A program made the position numbers and the translations under genes. From Schizochytrium sp. TIO01 (lineage: Eukaryota; Protista; Bigyra: Labyrinthulomycetes): a stretch of 64,000 nt of DNA. Within the stretch, counting starts at the first letter, position 1, and each line of letters begins with the position of its first letter. The notes below the pieces were generated by a model. That model searched no databases, was not told where the DNA came from, and was given only the letters and a program-made list of their open reading frames with translations. The stretch is taken from positions 1,116,001-1,180,000 of the forward strand of contig SMSO01000035.1 in assembly GCA_004764695.1 (NCBI GenBank). The letters run 5' to 3'. Shown piece by piece: positions 1-12,300 of the stretch.

Positions 1-45
1 GATAAAGGTAAATGAAAGCAATAAAAATGAATGATTTTTGACTGA

Positions 46-75
46 TGAATGAATGAATGAATGAATGAATGAATG
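46..75. repeat. (TGAA)n microsatellite
   Basis: About 7 tandem TGAA units immediately upstream of the ABC transporter gene. Confidence 0.85.
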
Positions 76-145
76 ATGATTAGACAGAGTAAATCAAAAC
101 TTGGAGAGGCAGGCGCTCGTTGCTTGGTCGCTCGTTGTGGGCGCA

Positions 146-2672
146 ATGCTCGCGCGTGGGATGCTCCCAGGCTCTCGCAGCTCCTTCGCGACATCTCTTC
201 CGCTGCTGCGTGCGGCCTTCTCTAGCCTGGGGCCTTCGTCTGCGAGATGGCGTAGCTCTTTGGCCTTGAATGGCACCCTGACAAGCCGCTCTAGCGTGGC
301 AAGGTCTTCTGCGCTTCTTCACAAAACGTTGCTAGCAGATGCGAGGATCTCTGACTCCGGCGCTCGTAGGTCTCGTGCTTTTTTTGGTGGACGCGGAGGC
401 CAGGGCCGCAGTGCAAGCGCTTCGAACGCGGACCGCGAGGCTGTAGGCGATGAGAAACCCAAGGAGGTAACTCGCGACCAGAACTTCAAGGCAATTCGAA
501 GGATGGTAAGCATGGCATTGCCTGAGAAGCATCTCGTAGGTGCTTCAATGGCCACGCAGGTTGTCACAAGCTCCATCTCATTGGTTTTTCCCGCTGCAAT
601 TGGCCGCATCCTCGACCTCTCGCTCGCCGATACCTCTGGTCTGTCCCCGACGCTTGTGGTGGGCGGTCTCACAGGCCTGTTTCTATGCCAAGGCGGTCTC
701 ATTATCCTTCGCACGTCGATGCTGAACGTGGCCGGTGAGAGGATCATCGCGAGGTTCCGCAAGCAACTCTTCGCGAGCATCCTTGCGCAGGATCTGAACT
801 TCTTCGACAAGACTCGCACCGGCGAGCTCATCAATCGCCTCGCCACTGACACGCAGCTCGTGCAGAAGGCTATTACAGGAAACCTCGTCGGAGGTCTTCG
901 AAGCTCTTTTATGGCCATTGGAGGCACAGCCATGCTCTTTTACACCTCACCAATGCTTGCGCTCGTGTCGCTCAGTGTCATTCCTCCTGTCGGTGTCGCA
1001 GCTCGTTACTTTGGCCGCTTTTTAAAAGCTCGCCAAGCTCAAGTTCAAGATGCGCTTGCCGAGACTTCTACTGTGGCAGAAGAGGTCATTTCAAACGTTC
1101 GTACAGTTCGTCAGTTTGCTGGTGAACCACTCGAGGTGGCCAAGTATAATGCTCGCATTGATACAGCCTACCGTCGCGCGTGCGAGGTTGGCCTTGCTTC
1201 TGCATGGTTCGAAGGATCCGTGCATTTGGCTGCCAACTTCAGTCTCATTGCAGTTCTTGCCTTTGGTGGCGCACAGGTTATGTCTCACCAGCTTACTGCA
1301 GGAGCCCTGACTTCTTTTCTCATGTATAGCCTTTACGTTGGCTTCAACGTCACAAACCTGTCCACCGTATATTCTGAGTTGATGCGCGGTGCAGGTGCAT
1401 CAACCCGGATCTTTAACATTATTGATCGTGTCCCTGACATGCCTTCCTCTATTACATCGGCAGCCTTGGGCCGTGCGGGTGCTTCCAGTGACCCTGCATC
1501 ACTCCCACCTTCAGTAGTACACTCTATCTACAACTTGCTTGAGGCTCCCGAGTCCAAAGAAGGACCCCAGGCCCACACCTTGGGCGCCAAGCTCTTTGGC
1601 ATTGTTGATGATGATAAGGACCACCACCACACCCCGCGAGGAACAACGGTTATGGAACGTTCTGGTTTTGACGAGCTGGCTGAGACTACAGTCAACCTCA
1701 AGACCCCACCCATCACCGGTAACATTGAACTTCGTAATGTCTCATTTAGTTACCCGCTGAGATCTGACTCAAACATTCTGTCAAATCTCAACCTGAAGCT
1801 GGAGCGTGGCTCAACAATGGCCCTCGTCGGTGCGAGTGGCAGCGGAAAGAGCACTATTGGTGCTATGCTAATGCGCATGTATGATCCACAGCAAGGTGAG
1901 GTTCTCATTGACGGAGTAAATGTCAAGGAAATTGACCCGCACTGGCTTCGTCAGCACATTGGCGTAGTTGCGCAAGAACCCGTGTTATTTTCAGGAACAA
2001 TTGAAGAGAATATTCGTTATGGCAACATGCACGCTACTGAGGACCAAGTTTACGCGGCAGCTAAGGCAGCTCGCGCGTTAGATTTTATTGAGCGTTTCCA
2101 GGATGGTTTGCAAACCCGTGTTGGCGAGCGCGGTATCCAGCTTTCAGGTGGTCAGAAGCAGCGTGTGGCGATTGCCCGTGCAATTCTTAAGGACCCGCCT
2201 ATTGTAATTCTTGACGAAGCTACCTCTGCTCTTGATGCAGAGAGTGAATTTCAAGTCCAGCAAGCCATTGAGGACATGATGAAGGGACGTTCTGTTGTAA
2301 GCATTGCGCATCGTTTGAGCACGTAAGTTGAAATTTATGAAGTTCCCATTAACCTACAACATGTCCAATTGCCTTTTGATGGGCAAAAAAAGCTGGACAA
2401 AATAGAAATTTTATCAATTGCAAACTCGAAGTGTAATTAGACAACAGACATGAAATATTTAATTGGAAAGAAAACTAACGTATTACCACCCTTCACTGTT
2501 CGTGTGTTGGGCTGAATGGATCCACCATGGTGAACTTCATTATGTACATAGGATGCGAGCTGCAAACACAATTGCGGTGCTCCGGGATGGTAGGATCGTG
2601 GAGCAAGGTTCATTTGATGATCTTGTGAAAAATGGTACTGAATTGCAGGATTTGATCAAGAGACAGCTTTGA
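146..2672 (+). CDS. ABCB10: Mitochondrial ABCB half-transporter (ABCB10/MDL1-like); exons 146-2322 and 2552-2672
   Basis: Arg/Ser-rich presequence-like N-terminus, then ABC TMD (FFDKTRTGELINRL), Walker A GASGSGKS, signature LSGGQKQR and Walker B ILDEATSALD. Intron 2323-2551 (ac|GTAAGT...CATAG|g) restores AHRLST-MRAANTIAVL. First in-frame ATG is at 146. Confidence 0.9.
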
Positions 2673-2764
2673 GAAATTTAACATGGGTTCCTTCTACCCC
2701 TTCGTTTGATGGGGTAGCTTCAGAAGACATAGAAAAAGAGGGCAGAGCAAAAGAGGTGACTTGA

Positions 2765-3792
2765 CTAAGCCGTTTTTTTCTGAACTGACCCGGGTGACTT
2801 ATTTGCCATATTCTGAACCCCTCGAAGCCCGTTCTGGCAAGACCCAGAGTCAGAAGAAGAAATTATAGTTTGCATAGCAAAGCGGTTCGAAATTGACTTT
2901 GTGGACGTAGCATTAGGCCTAGATGTGGTCTGCTGTGGTGCCTTGCTGGGGAGGCTCCGCATATTCGTCACCTGATTCAAAAACGCATCCAGACGCTCAA
3001 GCTCCGGGACGAGGTTTTGTGCAGCCGCAATGTCCATCTCTGCTCGCTGTACATCCTGTACAATGCAGTCCAAAAGAGGACCGAGCTTGGCTTGTACTTG
3101 AGTTTGAATTTTATGCAAATGAGCATTTACTAGCGCCTATATCTCTCGATCACATGCACAAATAAGCCAAACCAATTAATATTCATTGCGCATACAACTC
3201 CGTCAGTCATTGAGGTGGAGGACGGCACGCGCAAATTATGATAATCATCAGTAAAGCATGAACCATCATCAGCATTTTTCAACAAATATAATAATATCCC
3301 AAACAATTATTACCACGGGCATTTCTCAACAGAGCAACCCATGCTTATTGTTCCGCACCGTTTCGCACACGCATCGAAAGAGAACGTGTTCGTGACGGAA
3401 TCAACAGCAGTTGCAGTAAAAGAGAACGAGTAGCAAGTTAGTAGGCAGGTAGTTTGTGGAAAAGCAGTAGTAATATTAGTCATATATATTCTAAAAGTGA
3501 GTTTACTTTGTTCATTTTTTGGTACCTCGATTTTGAAAACTCAAACAAAAAAATAATAAATACAGTACTAGAGAAATTCAAATTTGATCAAGGTTTCAAG
3601 CCCATACCTGCCCATGACACCCGCAAACTCCGAGTAGATTGATGCAGAATTTTAATCACTCACCTCGATCTTAGGCGCCAATTGGGCACATGCTTCTGCG
3701 CACGCTTGGGCCCGCACCCGCACACGTGCCGCGTCTTCGACCTCGTCAGGCTCGTTTCCCCAGCAGCGGTCAGTGCTACCTTCAAGCTCCAT
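2765..3792 (-). CDS. Hypothetical ~166-aa coiled-coil protein; exons 3792-3664 and 3136-2765
   Basis: ATG at 3792 opens MELEGSTDRCW...LAPKIE. Donor GAG|GTGAGT at 3663 and acceptor TATAG| at 3137 join in phase 0 to ALVNAHLHKIQ..., in frame with track ORF 2765..3118. Confidence 0.65.
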
Positions 3793-6205
3793 CGCCCGAG
3801 CTGCAAAGAACAACGCAGAGTGAGTTGAAGCCTGCCTACCGAAGAGCTCAGATCAAACGTTAACGTGGACAAGGAACTTTAAGTCGCTCGAAGTCCTTCT
3901 GTGCTGCAGACCTTTCGCCTATTTGGGATTTGGTGAAGAAAAGAGCTCTTCTACAGAACTGGAAAAAAGAAAGAAAAAAGAAAGAGAGAAAGAGGGAGTA
4001 TCATGTGATTAGTCAGAGGATAGGTCACTCTGAGTAACTTTGGTAAATTGAAATTGAGTGAAGCGAGCACTATTTGAGCTTTGCTTAGACGAGGCGAAGC
4101 CTCGCTCTGGGATTTTGTTCATTATTTCAAGAAGGGCCGGGGCTCAAAGCCTCTGTAGCAAAATTTGAGTTAGCTATGAATCTAATGGGTCAGCATTGCA
4201 TTACAAAGAATTAGCGATAAGTGCACAGCACAATGGCTATTGTTTGTGGGTTTAACATTCACCTCAATTGACTTTGGGCCCAAGATAACAATCTTTGCTG
4301 GCATAATCAACCGTGCACTCCAAGGTTTATTTATTCTCAAGACTTGAATTTGGACCATGAAAATCGCAGTACCATTAACCACATGTATTCAACTTCAAAA
4401 CTAGCATGCGGAACTTTCATATTTAGTAGTGCAAATGCGAATGCCGCAGTTGAGTGATATATATGCAATTATTGAAAACAGGTATGTGCTTCATCTGTCA
4501 AAGAACAACGTGAATGTGCACAGATACTACATGAAAATCGTAAAATATGGAGGTGTCTAGGCGTCTCTTCGTTTTGCATCATACCCGAATCTAATTGCCA
4601 ACTTATGAGCAAGCCTTAATGCCCTAATCAACGAATGCTTGCTTGAAAATCAATGTTACGATATTGAGCCCTCTTCTACCGTGCGTCTGAGGGATTCACT
4701 CGACAAATTCGGGATATAATAAACAAAACAATGACGCTGTTGGGCACTCAGAATTCCAGTTGTTCATAACCGATAGGTCCTATCTCATGTCAGTTGTTTG
4801 CGTGGATTCCTCAGGTCCATCTACCGCGGGTGTCCTCGCTCGCTCAGAAGGTCTAGTTCACAGTGCCTACTTGGGCACCTTCTGCAGCATGATCCATGAT
4901 CGATTAAGTATGCACGTCGTCTCCACAAGTGTAAACAACAAAACAGGTAGATAAGAAAGATCAATCAATAGGTGAAGGAATCCCTTATAAAATACCTAGA
5001 TTGTAGGTATATAGTAAATGGCTGTGAGTCTCGAAAGGCCTATTGGGCTTAGGATGTTCTTACTAAAACTGGTCTTTGTACTACAAGTGGGAATCTAGAT
5101 TACCGTACGACAGCGAAGCTCCTGGTACAGCTGAGGGGACTGCCCTCAAGGCATGGATATGAGCATCGGATGTCTGGCATGATTCGAAGCGAAGCACATT
5201 CTTTCTCAGATGTCGTCGACCTGTGTGTGCGATGTCTTTCTAGCTAGTAGAGTTCATCTCGATCTGGGATATGGTAGGTAGGTACACAATTTCCACCTTT
5301 CTTACTAATTTACTCCTGAGTGGCTATTTATTTAAGTAAGCCTATTAGGTCTAGGCTACGAGTTATTCTCTTTTCTTTTATAATTGATTATAATTAATTA
5401 TAATTAATTATAAAAGAAAAGAAAAAAAAAAGTGTTTGTAAAAGCTGAGTTTGACGTAGGGCTCGTGCAGAATGAAAGGTATTTTGAAAGCATGCAAATC
5501 GCCATTTGGAGCGGCTAGCCCCTCGACTCCGGCGCCCAGAGCTCGGGCCGTCTTTCCTGGTACCCGAGCACGGCCCTACTGCCAGAGCCTGCACCCTCTT
5601 CCTTCGCATAAAGACCCTTGAAACAGGCTGCAAGGTGTCTCAGAGGCGCTCACGATCGAGGGCAAAGTCCTCCAATCGGCACGCGCGTCTTCGTTTGAAG
5701 TTCTTTGTTTTTCAATTTCTTTCTTTGTTTCTCTTCTCTCTCCTTTCTTTTCTTTTTCTTTTTTCTTCTTTCTCTCTACGTACGTGCGATTTGGTTTTTT
5801 ATACATTGCTATTCTTTGACCACGCACCCTCGCGCGTTCACTCTTTCACCCACCCGAAGAAGCAAGCGGGCATCTCGCGAGCTCAGACGCAATCACAGCT
5901 CCTGCCTTTGGGCGATACCAACAGGCTGGCGATCTGCTTTGGTGGTCGAGTCGCTGTATAGTGAACCCGTCTCGCTGCATCGCACCGTCCGTCGCACTGC
6001 TTAAGTTGAGGTCATCTCAGATCACACCACATCATTGGGGTTCATTGCCGCTTGACAAAGGATTCGGAGGCACCAGCAGAGCTACACAAGGTCTTTGAGA
6101 TCTTCGGGTACTAGACCACTCCTTCGTGAATTCGTCAAGACCTCCAAATTACTTGACGTGGCAGTTGTAACACATAGTTGGGACGGTCTTTTTAGAAGAG
6201 GCGCC

Positions 6206-8023
6206 ATGAGCCGTAAGAGGCCTGCACTGCAATGGGATCAGCTCATCGAGGCTGATGACACTGTGTCACTCTCGACAGCGCTTCAGACAAATGCAACTGG
6301 AATCCACACGCGAGTTGGCGCCGGGCACGAGACACTCTTAATGGTTGCTGTCCGTAGAAACCGCCGCGGGGCCTTTGACGTCCTCGTCAATGCTGGAGCT
6401 GAGTTGAACGCTGTGGACGCCGAAGGCAACTCGGCGTTGACTTTGGCATGTCAAGGCCGCAACCCTGAACTCGCAAAAGCTCTTATAGATCTTGGTGCCG
6501 ACGTAAATATTCAAGGTAAATTTAACATGTCGGCACTTATGCTGGCGTGTCGAGAGGGGCTTGTGGACACCGCTCTGCAGCTTCTGAATAAGGGCGCTAA
6601 CATGGACCTGCAGAATCAATTTGGATGGTCTGCAAGCATGTTTGCAGCAAGGTACCACAATTCTGATGAGGTTCTCAGGGAGATGGTCGAGCTTGGAGCG
6701 GATCTCGGGCTCAAGAACGGTGACCAGTGGAATTTGCTCATGTTCTGTTTGAGACATGGGCATCATCATATCGTGGCGATGCTAATTGACAGGGACGTGG
6801 ATCTCCAAGGCCTAAACCAAGATCAATGGAACCCGTTGCACTTAGCGCTAAGATACGCGACGGAGGGCGTGGCCTTGAGCATCTTAGAGGCATTAGTACA
6901 ACGTGGCGTGACAGACTTTGACCAAAAGAACTGTGACCAGTGGACAGCGCTCTCGTTCGCAATTCGATATGGACACACGGAGGTCGCCTCAAGACTCATT
7001 GAACTTGGGTGTAACCTTGAGGCAGAAAACGTTGACCAGTGGCGCCCAATTCACTTCTCCACTCGCTACCACCAGGAGAAGGTGACACTTCTGCTGCTTG
7101 AGCACGGCGTGGACATGAATAGTAAGAACCAGGACGGCTGGACACCCCTCATCATCGCCTGCCGGAATGAGCAACCCAATGCGGCCATGCGCATGGTCGA
7201 AAATGGGGCCAATGTGAATGTTCAAAATAACAATGGCTGGACTGCTCTGATGATGGCTAGCAGAAATAATCAGTTTAATGTTGCTAGCCTCATAGCGGAA
7301 CAGAGAAATGCAAATCTCAATCTCCAGGAAGAGGACGGCTGGGCTGCGCTCCACTTCGCATGTGCTTATGCCCAGGCGGATCTCACAAACGCTCTGCTCG
7401 ATAAGGGCGCCAATGTTCACATCTCTACTAACGACGGCTGGACGCCTTTGATGTTGGCCTGTCAAGGCCCAATCGAGGCTGGAAATAGTGAAGAGGGGCT
7501 CCGCGAGTGTATATTTGCCTGCTATGAGCATGGGGCTAACCTTTATCACAAAAGTTCTGGTTCCCCAAAGTACACTGCTCTGGATCTCTGTGTTAAGTAC
7601 AACCAGGATGAGTCGAAACTTTTCATTGAATTTGTGCTGGATGGTCCGGTAAAGCGCGCCGTTATTGATGAACTCAACCTTCCACGATCGGTCATGGTTA
7701 ACCTCTTCACACGAGGCATGACGAGTGTCATCAAGTGTAACGATCTTAGCGAGGCAGACCTTATTGAACTTGGAGTACCCGAGAACGCTGCTGCGAGCCT
7801 CCAAATGATCTTTTCTGAAGCCAGCTACACACGAGAAACCAACCAAGAATCGGGCTCCAATGCGCTTGCGGCAGCAGCGAAGCGCCTCAGCCACCGTCTA
7901 AGCAGCCGCCTTAGCCACCGGCGAAGTAACGAAGATCGCCAAAGTCTTAGTAACCGCCTTAGCAGCCGTTTGAGCCGGACGATGAGCAGACGTGAGAGCC
8001 ATCAGGCAACCGACGAGGAGTGA
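6206..8023 (+). CDS. Ankyrin-repeat protein (~12-13 repeats) with C-terminal SAM-like domain
   Basis: Repeated GWTPL/ALxxA...GAxVN ankyrin motifs. C-terminal LSEADLIELGV resembles the SAM helix motif. First ATG is 6206 (the track ORF starts at TTG 6095). Confidence 0.88.
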   Translation: MSRKRPALQWDQLIEADDTVSLSTALQTNATGIHTRVGAGHETLLMVAVRRNRRGAFDVLVNAGAELNAVDAEGNSALTLACQGRNPELAKALIDLGADVNIQGKFNMSALMLACREGLVDTALQLLNKGANMDLQNQFGWSASMFAARYHNSDEVLREMVELGADLGLKNGDQWNLLMFCLRHGHHHIVAMLIDRDVDLQGLNQDQWNPLHLALRYATEGVALSILEALVQRGVTDFDQKNCDQWTALSFAIRYGHTEVASRLIELGCNLEAENVDQWRPIHFSTRYHQEKVTLLLLEHGVDMNSKNQDGWTPLIIACRNEQPNAAMRMVENGANVNVQNNNGWTALMMASRNNQFNVASLIAEQRNANLNLQEEDGWAALHFACAYAQADLTNALLDKGANVHISTNDGWTPLMLACQGPIEAGNSEEGLRECIFACYEHGANLYHKSSGSPKYTALDLCVKYNQDESKLFIEFVLDGPVKRAVIDELNLPRSVMVNLFTRGMTSVIKCNDLSEADLIELGVPENAAASLQMIFSEASYTRETNQESGSNALAAAAKRLSHRLSSRLSHRRSNEDRQSLSNRLSSRLSRTMSRRESHQATDEE

Positions 8024-9372
8024 GTGAAAGTAGTCTATCCCATTATTTGCTGTGTCGAAGAAGAGAGTAGTATCTGTGAGATAAGATCTCCTTATGATCT
8101 CATTACTGCCTCCTCAAGGCACTCTCAATCATCTTGTTTCCCCCCTATTGTTGTATTGTCATTTTCGTTATAGGCAAATTGTGCCTGCCACTCCCTTCTC
8201 AAAACCTAAATTTTGACTAATGTTGTGTTCAACCTTTACAATTTCAACTTTTCTTCGTTCTTGGTAAACCTTTAGTTGATTTATCTGATGTTCATTTGGC
8301 AAACTATTATTTTCCTCTATATTTGTCCAGCTAGAGTTTACATGGACCTCATCGAAATGTGTATAATTTGTTTCGTTCAACAACTTTTGTCAGGAATTTA
8401 ACATCTAACCTTTGTCAATGTTGTTATCGAGATTCGAAAGTACTTGCTGATGAAATGCTAGGTAGCTCAGCTCTTTGTCTATGTGGACAAGGAAGGTCAT
8501 CTACCGCTTCCGCTATCCGCTAATAAAACTCGCAGCAACAAACTTTGTATAAAGAGCTTCAAGTACATCTGGGTATCAATCAATTGTGCATGCCTTTTGT
8601 TTAGTGGAGATGCTCTCTATCAATCATATACTAGGCTTGTTTATAGGTAGCTATTTATTGGCAACTCGCAGTACTTGATTAATGCAGATCACATTGTGTA
8701 TGGTTGTTTCTCCATTTTCATTGGCAGTACGAAATATGCCAACCAAACTCAGATGAAGTCCTTTCAATTAGTTCTCCATAGAATGTTATAAACTTTACAT
8801 TTACAAGATAACTTTGCTGTTTACCTAGCTAGGTAGAAGGTTTATGTCCCTGTAATGCATACCTTGACGCATATTATCCGCATGAAGCTCGCTGTTACTA
8901 AAGAGACTATACTATATCTGTCATTCATCAAGTCTTAGTCTAAGAAGACTTAGAACAAGCCGGGGACTCTCTTTTCCCTTTCTTTTTTCCCAAACAAAGG
9001 TCAGCATAGAATTTTTTTTTTGTATATAAATAATAGATCCGTTCGCTGGATTTGCGTTCCGCACGTAACATTAAAAGTTAAAGATTTATTCTGCACATGA
9101 ACTATTATTGAATAGCAGCAAGAGAATAAACATGTATTTTTCGTAGCGAAGGGGAGTTTCTTTGACACATCGTCTGGTCATCCTTAATGCACTCCGGTGC
9201 GTATGCACACTGAGATACCTACGTTGTGGACAGAAGTTGAGTGACGATCTGTCGTGTTTACGTGAAGTGTCCTCTTTTGCAGAGAAGTAGACTGGTGCGC
9301 ACGTGCATAACTTCTTCTCAAACGTAATATTGGTCGAGAGCGGAAGCGTGAAGGCCAAACTTTCGTTTGACG

Positions 9373-12300
9373 ATGACAAATTACCCATGTCATTGTGGAG
9401 AACACGAAGCGAGTTGCTCGTGCATCCCTGGTCGAACAGTAGCAAGTGCACAGATTAAAAATGACTTGCGCGGATCCACAGGAGACTTAAGAGTTGATGG
9501 TCAGCATCTCAAGCACAAGCCTGCTTCTCCAGTTTCCCCTCGCAAGCTGTTGATAGGCAAAGGTAAGAAGTCAGACTTTCTCTTCAAAGACCGATTACGA
9601 ATTGCTGCTGAATACTGGCATAAAAGAGAAAATTTTCAAACACATTGGGCAGGTCAATGGGATACAGATCGTGTCGCACAATTTCTGCATTATATCACAG
9701 GTGTATACCCAGAATCCTTGCAGATAAATGGCAAGCAGCTTCTGCGCGTTTCAATCTACACCCATCTGCAAATTGTTAACCACGATCATGAAGCTGCAGC
9801 TGAGGAGTTTCTCACGGTGGTGCCATCTGCTATTCATCGGAAAAAAGTTATCCGCTTGCTCATGCAGACCAAAGCTCCCATACTTATTAAAGATTCTAGT
9901 AAGCAGTCACTTGGGTATGTTCCAAGCCAGGAAAGCATCACAACTGTAGCACCGACTCAGTCTTCAACAGTTCTATCGAATATCATGGATGAGGATCAGC
10001 GAATTGCAATTCTTAAAGCACAGACAAACCGCCCCATTGTTCATGTTTCCTGTTTGAAACATGTATCGTCGAATCAACCTCAGCACCTTGATATCAAAAT
10101 TGCAACCGCGTCCTTCGCCCTGGAGAATTCCTTTGCCCATGAACAAGAGTTAAATGTAGCAACATCTTCAAAAACGCAGAATAACGTCAATTGCCGACAA
10201 CCCCAAGTTCTTACAGGCAAAAAGGATACAGCATTGCTACCAGGAGTAGAACTCACCATTGTTCCTCGCTTCCAGCATGCTGGAATCCAGTTCAATCCTG
10301 CGAAACAGACAATTAAGTGGTTACGTGAGCAACACGAAATTGCATTTGAGGTTGAGTGGAGGGGCGGCCGAGAGAGAATTTTGTATGGCCACGTTGAAGT
10401 CTGGGCAGGGCCAGTTATTATTGCAAGAGGACCGATTCAGCTTGAAAATGGTGATGCATTTCGGGCCGACAATACACCAACAAAGGAGGCAGATCCATCC
10501 CGTCTCCTCTCAATTGACTTTACCTTCTTCCAGCGAGTCAACCTAGTTTACTTAGCCTCGGATCAATACCTAAACAGCGCGCTAAGTCGTGTCGAGGTTA
10601 ACTTGAGGCGCTTCATTACTTTAAACCATGTTCTTAAAGAGGAAGGAAATATTCGAAGCGCCTGGGGAAGTTCAAAGGAGCGTGGAGTTCAACTGATACA
10701 AATATTCCTCTCGCATGAAGCCCAATCTTCCAAACCGTTTATAAAAACCGTAGAAACTATTACGCAGCTGATTGAGAACGCAAAACAGCTATGTGAGGCC
10801 CGACCAGAGGTAATTGTGCACTCATGGTCGCATCCTCGTCCAGACCGTGATTTAGGTCCAGCGCTAGCCCAGCTTCAATCTCTGATTGGTTCAAAAACAT
10901 TCGTTTTTCATGGTTTTGCTATGAACCAATCTTCTGATGCTACACCTTATTTCACGCCAAGTCGACCAGGTAAGCTTTTCAATTTAGCGCCAGGAACACC
11001 TATCAAATATGAAAGTTCAGGGGAGTGGTTACGAGGTCATATTATCTTAACTTCAGAAAAGAGTGGAACATTTACAATTGCACCTTCTGATGGAGGAAAA
11101 CCTATCCATGGGATACCAGAACATAGTATTCGAGTTTTGGGACCCGAATCTCGTTTTGGAGATCAACAAACCTCACAAGACACCCAACATGGAAACTATC
11201 GCATCTCTAATTCTAAATCCAGCGGTACGAAACGCTCAAGACGGCGACGAGATATTTTTGCAAGCTTAGAGGTTGGTGAAAATGTATTTGCACGTATTTT
11301 CCCAAGCAAAGAATACCTCGCTGGCGTTGTTGTGGCCCTTCACTCAGCGTCACTTACAGTAGATGTTGCGTTTAACAATGGACGTGCCGCATCTCAACTT
11401 GATGTGCGATATGTGCGCCAGCGCCCACAGCGAGTACAGGCTCAAATGCAATTTCATGGAGGTAGCAAACATGGGAACAATATTGACGGTGCGGGGCATA
11501 TTGACCTTCAAAACAGAGAGCGTACAGGAGGTTTAGCGTACGGCACTCTTGTACAAGTTCTCCAAACTGCAAGCGCTCCAGGCGTGTGTGTCACCGGTCG
11601 AATAAAGCAATCTCGGGAATATGGTCTCAAGTACGATGTGATGCTGAGCAATGGAGAGCTTGTTGAGAATATCCCAGTAAGGCTTTTGCAAGTACTTGAT
11701 GATTCTTTTCATGACGTGGCATCTCCTTCAAACAACGCTTCAAAGCACCAGCAGCAAGGTGAATCCTCAGGTTCTCACAATAGCCCCGAACATACATATG
11801 TAGATGCAATGTGTGACAGATTTCGTCAGGTGATTCGAGACGCTGCACAAGCCCGCTCAGATGGACGAGAACTGCGCGTACAGTTCAATCGCCTAGACAC
11901 CAATGGCAATGGTCAGCTAGAAGCAGCAGATTTCTTGTCTTCCTTACACGATCTCGGCTTTAGACCTACTGAAAGTGAAATTCTCGAGTTTGTTGATCGC
12001 ATGAGTTCACATAAAGATGGTTTTGTTTCATATGTTGACTTTGTCAGATTTGCCTTACCTGATGGCATTAGCCAAGGCGAGCGCCAACTGAAACGCTCGA
12101 TGGCATATTACCAAGCGTCTCTTGAAGCAAATGGTGTTTTAGCCGAACTTGAACGAGCCTTAAAATCTCGTATCGGAGAATTATGGGAGCATCTTGTTGA
12201 ATCAGACGTAACTGCATTGGGTATACTCAAGGAGGATACTTTTACCCGCTGTTTGCAGCGTTTACAAATTCAACTGACTTCAGATCAGCGTGTTGCGCTT

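Noticed and set aside
5394-6004. Overlapping 80-150 aa ORFs upstream of the ankyrin gene (similar ones at 28080-28789 and 35746-37813)
   Set aside because: Low-complexity T- or A-rich promoter/UTR-type sequence, mostly non-ATG starts and no protein motifs.
6989-7894. Long antisense ORFs (301 aa here; also 31533..32486, 20442..21083 and 52285..53289)
   Set aside because: They are shadow ORFs opposite well-supported genes and have no recognisable motifs.
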